This document shows, piece after piece, positions 56,875 through 64,000 of a DNA stretch of 64,000 bases. The position numbers and the translations under genes were made by a program. The notes below the pieces were generated by a model that was not told the origin of the DNA, made no database searches, and worked only from the letters and a program-made list of their open reading frames with translations. The stretch is from Camelus ferus (lineage: Eukaryota): the NCBI RefSeq assembly GCF_009834535.1, contig NC_045696.1:85810001-85874000 (forward strand). The letters run 5' to 3'. Numbering within the stretch: the first letter of the stretch is position 1; the number at the start of each line of letters is the position of its first letter.

Positions 56875-57139
56875 TACGTAAATTAGAAGGGTATGGGTTA
56901 ATTTTTAAATTCTCATTGTGAATGTTTTTAATTGCAGGCATCTTAGAGGAGAACAAGTCATAAGTAGAAATCCCCTCCTTTTCCATGGCCACCCATCTGT
57001 GCCCCCTCAGCAGCAGGTAACAACCTGAGAAAAGAATTTATCCTGCCATGTGAATGAAACAGAATTAGACATATAAGATAAGCCATAGAAATCTCATGCT
57101 GTAAACTCAAGAATAATCCTCTTTAGTTTTTTTTTTAAA

Positions 57140-57690
57140 ATGCATGACAAATTACCACAAATTTAGTAGTTTATAACAACACAGATTTATTATCCCATAC
57201 TTCTCATGGGTTAGTAATCCAGGCATGGTTCAGCTGTGACCTCCACTAGGGTCTTGCAAGGCTGCCATCAAGCCGTTGGCCAGATTCCGTTCATGTCAGG
57301 AGACTTGACTGGGGAATAATTCATTTCCAAGCTCATTCAAGTTGTTGGCAGACTGTTCACTTGCAGTTATGTACTTGAAGGCCCTGCCTCTACCTGGCTG
57401 TCAGCTGGAGTCTGCCTTTGAGCTTTAGAGGCAGCCCACAGTTCCTTGTCATGTGGGCTTCTTCAATTTGGCTGCTTCCTTCAAGACTGCAAGGAGAGTA
57501 TCTAGTAGTACCAGTTTGCTGAGGTGGAGTCTTAACAGCACCTAAACTAATAGTGTAGGAAGTGACATCCTGTTCTCTTTGCCACATACTATTGGTTAGA
57601 AGATGGTCACAAGCTCCCTATAGATTCAACGAGAGATTACATAAGGTATGAACAGAAGAGGAAAGAATCATTCAGGTCGTTCTGGGGTTT
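57140..57690 (-). mobile_element. MaLR LTR (MLT1-type)
   Basis: acaaattaccacaaatttagtagtttataacaacacagatttattatc...tttccaagctcattcaagttgttggcaga. Confidence 0.8.
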
Positions 57691-58897
57691 GTTTGTCAAA
57701 AGACCCAATAAATGCAAGCTTGATTATTTATGAAGGGAGAGTTGCTTATTTTGGCATAAAAATAATGGGTGAAATACTAGAGGAAGTTCTTAAAAAGATA
57801 GAATCAGTAAACTATGCCAATCCTTTTCTGTACAGGAAACTTATAAGGGTTTGCCTCTTATGTGGTATTGTGAAAGAAAGTCTGTAGGCCCTGGGGCACA
57901 TTATGTTCCTTATTCCTTGTCCCTGTACATCCCTGGAATCTGACCACCTCTGCATTAAATGGTTGAACTTCTCACTGTTACACATGCATTTACTTTGAGA
58001 AGACACAAGGCAAACTGGTAGTCATAGAATGAAACAAGGAAGGCTAGATTAGGCTATGGTTACAAATGTCTCTTCCCAAATCTTAGCGGATTAAAATAAC
58101 AAAGTTTAAACTCTTGCTCATGCTACACAGCCATTGTGGGTCATCAGGGTGTTCTGCTTCCTGTCTTCTTCACTCCAAGACTTAGGGTGCTAGAGCAGCT
58201 ATCTGGAAAATTGTTGGTTCCCTGACAGTGTGAAAGAGTACATGGAAGATTTTATACCCAGCCCTCAAAGTGCCTGCTAGGGGAGATACATGTCACTTCC
58301 CAAACTGATTAAAATAGGTCACATGGCCACATTTAATTTCAAAGTGCTGGGCCATGGAAGAGAACTGTAAATACATAATGGCCTGCACTGAACACTACTA
58401 AAAGAGTGTTACCAGTTAGAGATGGGCGGTCAGCATACCCTCCAGATTGGAAAGAAAGAAACGTGTATTTTAGATGTTAAACCAGCTGAATATGAACTAA
58501 TACGATCTTTGTTTTACTTAATTTTATCGTCTCCAGAGTTTAACTCAATAGTTTGGGGAAGCTCAAGAAAAGAGGACTTCTTTGTGTTCAGCACCTTGGT
58601 CCTGTTCCCAGGCAAAGTTCCTCTGGTACACTTAGGACAAAACGTGGTACCATTTATTTAAGTACCAGTGCTGCTCTCATACTTTTCACTTATCTTTAGA
58701 ATTCAAGTATTTCTTTTCTTCCTTAGTGGATTGTGTTGTTTTGCTCAGCATAGGAATGATATAGGAAAAATAGTACTTTTATTTCCTGCATATTGTTCTC
58801 CACAATATTAAGTTTGAGAAAATACCATACATGCCTTTATGTATTTGCTTGTACAGAAGTTTTCTTCTATATCTTTTGAGAATGACCAGAGGAAATT

Positions 58898-58922
58898 GGA
58901 TGGATGGATGGATGGATGGATG

Positions 58923-58964
<42 letters not shown>
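58898..58964 (+). repeat. (GGAT)n(AGAT)n microsatellite
   Basis: Direct inspection. Confidence 0.95.
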
Positions 58965-59362
58965 AGGATTAAAAAATACACTAAATGCTAAAGTTTATAT
59001 TAGTCTTCCCAGAGTTCATGGTAGAGTTGTTGGAATGGGAAGTTTGAACAATTAGGATTTTCAGTAGTTCTTCATAGACACGCCCATATTCTTATTGTTG
59101 ATTTCTTCTCTGGCGATTTCCCTTCTTTCATGTGTGATAGCAGTTGCAATTCATTATCAGGAAAACTAGGACTCAGAAAAAAAATTTCACCTTAAGAAGA
59201 TGACTCATATTTTAGAATTCAAAAATGGGGAATTTCAGATATTAAAAATGATGGTGATCAGTGAAACAAGTTAAGATGGTGATAACCATAAATTATTTTG
59301 ATGAACGTGGCCATGAATAAGGTTATAAAGATTAGATGCTTTTTAAAAATGGGATTTTTTTT

Positions 59363-59464
59363 GTTGTCACTTACGTAGCACATATACTAAAATTGTACAA
59401 TGCAGAGTTTAACATGACCCCTGCTCAATGTTGACATGCAAATTCATGAAGCATTCTATATTTT
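59363..59464 (+). pseudogene. RNU6: Diverged U6 snRNA retrocopy
   Basis: gttgtcacttacgtagcacatatactaaaattgtacaatgcagag...catgacccctgctcaatgttgacatgcaaattcatgaagcattctatatttt is colinear with full-length U6. Many substitutions are CpG transitions. Confidence 0.92.
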
Positions 59465-59702
59465 GTGATGATAGTTAACAATACTATATTGTATACCTGA
59501 GATTTGCAGAAGATAGCACTTAAATTAATCTTCTCACCACACGCACATACAATGGTAACTATGTAGAGATGATGGATATGTTAATTAGCCTAATTATGGC
59601 GATTCTTTCACAATGTGACATATATTAAAACATCATGTTGTACATCTTAAATATATACAATTTTTATGTGTCAAAGATATGTCAATAAAGTTGTGTGAAA
59701 AC
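59465..59702 (+). mobile_element. L1 3' end fused to U6 (L1MA/L1MB-type)
   Basis: atagttaacaatactatattgtatac...ttctcaccacac...atggtaactatg..gatggatatgttaattagc...caataaag is a typical old L1 3' terminus. Confidence 0.85.
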
Positions 59703-60429
59703 TTTTAAAATAAGATTTTTTTAAAGGTAAGGTTTATTGTTTAGGATGTTTACAGCCTCTAAAATCTCATATATCACCCATTCTAAAAATCAGACACTAC
59801 AAATAAAAAAGACAATTGATGTCCATCCTGTGTGCGATGTTTTCATGTTATCCTAAATCTGTGTGTTGATAAAAAAAATAAAAGTTGTGGTCAATAATTT
59901 TTATTACTTAAAAGACGTATTTCCAGTTTTCATTTCCTTTTTATTTATGTCATTTTCACTGCAGTAAAGAAAAATGTTTATATAATCAATGTTTATATCA
60001 ATTGGAAAATTCTGATTTAATTTTCTGTGAATGATCTGCCATTCCCTGCCATTCATTCACTTCTGAGAGCACTACTGTGATCTATAATGAGAAGATTGTT
60101 ATTTTCTTGATGACAGATCTTAACTCTTTTTGATGATTGTTTTAGTCTTTTTCTCTTAATTTCAAAGAAAGTCCAGAAACCCTAGATTCATTTCCAAATA
60201 TTAGTGAAGGATTAGAAGAAAGGAAACATAATAATTCCAAGTGTCTTGAAAATGATAGTTTGTCTAAAATAATAAAAATCAAGTAAGTTTCCCAGATAAA
60301 ATGCAATGCGCAGAATTAATTGAGAAGACCATCTCAGTGCTTCCATGAATTTACGGAAGCAGGTATGTAGAAGTTTCTCCGTCTGTTGATATGTAAGTTT
60401 TAGTAGATGGTGGAGTGAGAACTGAAGCC

Positions 60430-60811
60430 CTTAATTACTGCAGCTGATAGGAGTGCCTGTGGCTGGCATCTCTCCCCTCAGTTTCTCTCCAGGAATAGTC
60501 ACCAACTCAAAAGATACACTTTGTCTAAATCCATGCCCCCTTTCCAGGGCAGCTTGCATTCAATGACAGGTTTATAGGGGTTCATAAAAGATGATTCCTT
60601 TGTCTCAAGACAGAATGATTCCATAAGGCCATCCCAGCTCCAGCACTCCCCAAACGTTTTGCTGAGGCCTCTGTCATGATTGCTTGTAGTTCTGATTCTT
60701 CCCCTGCTGAGTTCTACTCCCTAATAATTAATCCCCAACGCACTTTCCAATAAACTTACTGTGTGAAAATCTGAGTCAGAGTCTGTTTCCCAGGGAAACT
60801 TCCTTGTGACA
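60430..60811 (+). mobile_element. Old ERVL-type LTR (LTR16-like)
   Basis: caataaacttactgtgtgaaaatctgagtcagagtctgtttcccagggaa...tgaca 3' end. Confidence 0.6.
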
Positions 60812-61393
60812 GGGCTGTATAGATAAATGACAAAACACAAACATGTTCATGCCACGTATTTAAAGAAATCCATCTTCTGGAAACAGACACAGTCAGGACC
60901 TCTTTAGGCCCAGAATGGAAGCATCCAGGGAAACATTCTAAGAATTTCCTTTTGACCTTCCCACGAAAAACTGAAAAGTAGGAATACAGAGTCTGCAGCC
61001 CTATCTGTGAGTTTTAGAAAACCATCTTCAAGCCAGATTCATGGCTTCTTCCAGGCTTGGAAAGTTTGTAGATTCTTCTGTTCAAATAGACTGTTTCTCA
61101 GCCAGGTCAAGAAGCTTCAGTAACTAACTGACAGCTGAGATTTCTAGATACATATGATGGTGAATTCCTGTTTTCTGGAAAAAAAACATTGAGAATTTGT
61201 AGTATCAAGCAGCAGTGGGCAGTACCTCATGGCTCTACATTAGCAATTGTACATCCAAGCTTTACAGGCATATTATGAAGCTTGCATTACCTTATGTCTT
61301 TAGAGCTCCAGAATAAAGAAACTAGACTGAAAAGAGGATAAACTAAACTAAAGAATTTTCCTTTGGTTTTGCTTAAACTGCCATTTGTAACTA

Positions 61394-61602
61394 AGTGGTT
61401 TTTAGCCAGTCATTTTGCTGCCAGAGTACATCTGAAATTATCTGGAGACATTTTTGGTTGTCTGATCTTTGGAGTGGGGAAAGCTATCGGCCTTTAGTGG
61501 ATAGAGACCAGCAATGCTACTAAACATACTAACAATACACAGTAGAGACCACCTAAACAAAGAATGATTTGCTCCAAAATGTCAACAGGTTGAGAAACCT
61601 TG
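61394..61602. mobile_element. MER20-like hAT DNA transposon
   Basis: tctggagacatttttggttgtc...ctttagtggatagagaccagcaatgctactaaacat...acaaagaatgattt...caaaatgtcaa. Confidence 0.8.
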
Positions 61603-64000
61603 CCAGAAGGCACTCAGTCATTAAGGGAGGGACAGAGTTACTCTATTCCATCTATGGACAACTATTAAATTAGCTAGACAATTCCTATAAATGTGGCATT
61701 ATTCTGTTAACATAGCCACAATTAATTTTACTTCTTTCTTATGCTATAAAGTTTAAACAGCTTTTCCAGATTTCTTAACATCAACAGATGAAGGAAAAAT
61801 GATGAAACTTAACAGAAGTGTACAATATTGTGTCATTGAAGTTATTTGTCCAGCTTAGAATAGACAGGCCAACCAAAGTCAGGAGGGACCTTGGGTTGAC
61901 GCAAAGTAGCCAGAACAAAAGATACACTCCTGGACAGTCAGACAAAGGTGTTAAGTCCTCAGAGATTGGCAATGGAAGAAATTTTAAGCTGTCGGAAATT
62001 TACAGAAGGAGCATCTGGGTCCTGTTGCCTGTCAGGTGGAGGATCCTTCAGTCAGGTTCCAGTAGGTGCCAGCCGATTGATCTATACCTGTTACAAGTGC
62101 TAGCAGGAAAACACCTGAGGGACATTTATTTTCAGTGAAAGCCAGTAATAGATCCTAATAATAAAAAATAAGGAGCAGTGTATCCAGAACCTATGTTCAA
62201 GTATCAGCTCTACCACTTGCTAGCTGTATAGAGACAAATGCCTTAACCTCTGTATCTCAGTTTCTTTACCTGTAAAATCCGAAAATAACAGTGCATCTGT
62301 GGTTGTTGCAAAGATTAAAAGATTTAATATGTGTAGCAATAACGTTAATTCTGCATGTTAGCTACTAGTATATTAAGGTAAATATTTTAGCCACAAATTT
62401 GAGCCTCTAAAATTAGAGATATCAAATATCCTTTCATTTGAATTTTGGTTAGTATTGTCAATATGGTGATTCTAGTTAGTTATTTTACTCAAGGAACATT
62501 TTATTAAGAATTGTTAATCTCAATAGTTGTTTTCCTACACTTAAAATGACCTAGGGTTTAGGCTCTAGTCATACCTTAAATAAGGTTGGCCCAAATTAAA
62601 TAGGACCTAATTATTTAGTGTTTTCAAAAAATGGTTGAAAATATTAAAAATGGAGTTACAATGGATGTGAAAGTAGTCTCCAAATCATAGAATTCTAGTA
62701 CAAAGACTCTGGCCTTGGGGTTAAATGGAGAAAATAAAAGGATTACAGTGTTCAGTACTTTTCATGGATATCATTAAGAAGGAGTCTAGAATGAAATTCT
62801 AAATAGGCTCAAGAAGAATTTACATAAATAATAAATAATTCACCAAAGAAATTATGGATATTTGGGTTACATAATTACATTATAGGATTTTTTATTTAGG
62901 AAAATTGCTTGAAAGGAAATGTTAATTCTCTTTCCAATGCAATCTTTATTGCTCCTGTTAGAGGCAAAATATTATCCCAGTTGGATTATTTTAAATGAGC
63001 AGGATGATAATCATGTACATAGAAATTGTTAGTGAATATTAGACCCTGCAGTATTATAGAATGAGTGGTGAATTTGAATCAGAGTGGAGGTGCCTGTCTG
63101 GGTTTTGCTTCTGTATAGCTGCATGAGTATAAGCAAGACAGTTCATTTCTATGAGCCTTTGTTAGATGTAAAGTGAAAATTCCTATCTTTACCTTACAAT
63201 TTTAATTAAGACGAGATGAAAACAAGTTTATAGGACTTTGTAAACATTAAAAAAAATTGAAACAATATAGTAATTTTACAATTATATAATTATATATAAT
63301 AATTATGTATTATGTTAAAAACAGTGTAATTAAAAATTATTATTATTATTATCACTATGCCTTAACTAACCAGGAAAATAGCCCACTAGTCCATCACCAT
63401 GGTCATTTTTAAACATCCATTCTAGAATAAATGATCATTTAAAAATATTTTTAGCTGATGGAGATTGATCTGAATGATCTTATATAATTCAGGTTTTAGA
63501 TAAATTTTAGTTAAATGGGAAACCTTTCTTTTTGAAAATTTAAAAGTGCTGAATACTTCAATTTTTATTTTAAGTTCCAGAAACTAAAAATATATAATTC
63601 AAAATTCAAAAATTTTATTATAACATCAACTAGTTGAGAAATAGGCAAGTTAAGGGAAAATGATATGGTACACAGTAATGGATAAACCATGTCCTAAGAA
63701 GATGAACCAACCACTCTTGGAAATGAGAATTTCAGTTCGCTGAGCTTAATATGAACTGACGTAAATTCCCTGGTTTTCTAAATATCATCCAGTGATTTTT
63801 CCGAGGTTAACTTTAGTTCCTTTTACATGATTATTTTACTGGGTAGGGAAATAATCATGAACATGACACCAGCTCATTTTCTATTAAGTCCAAAAAACCC
63901 CAAAATTGTATGTGTCAAGTCAAAAGACTAATTCACTGATTTAGTCCTAAGAAAGAGAAGCAATTTAGGCTACAAAAAAACTTGACTTTCTCCAAACAGC

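Noticed and set aside
59363..59464. Functional U6 snRNA gene
   Set aside because: Many substitutions and a deletion around the ACAGAGA box, fusion to L1, and no evident PSE/TATA arrangement upstream.
47581..64000. Further protein-coding genes or additional GH31 exons
   Set aside because: Short ORFs are low-complexity or repeat-derived. No convincing motif was found by eye, though sensitivity is limited.

Overview
AT-rich mammalian genomic DNA, probably camelid: a short tRNA-derived SINE at 21.4 kb resembles the camelid family as I recall it. Bases 361-15155 hold the last 11 coding exons of sucrase-isomaltase (SI, + strand; human exons 38-48 by back-counting). They splice on GT-AG sites into an intact frame ending ...IEINWS*, followed by an AATAAA at 15598. 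The main hidden feature is downstream and absent from the ORF track: at least six decayed exons at 30.0-47.6 kb (possibly two more near 19.8-20.1 kb) of a second SI/MGAM-type GH31 alpha-glucosidase gene. They lie in tandem with SI, in the same orientation and the correct exon order, and carry stops, frameshifts and damaged splice sites. Just upstream of these exons is a CpG-rich minus-strand insert (28.4-29.9 kb) that joins an unidentified sequence to a disabled intronless C15orf61 copy. The rest is repeat-rich: L1, L2, MaLR/ERV solo LTRs, MER5/MER20/Tigger-like DNA transposons, a U6/L1 chimeric retrocopy and microsatellites. All homology calls come from hand translation and recalled reference sequences; no database search was run.
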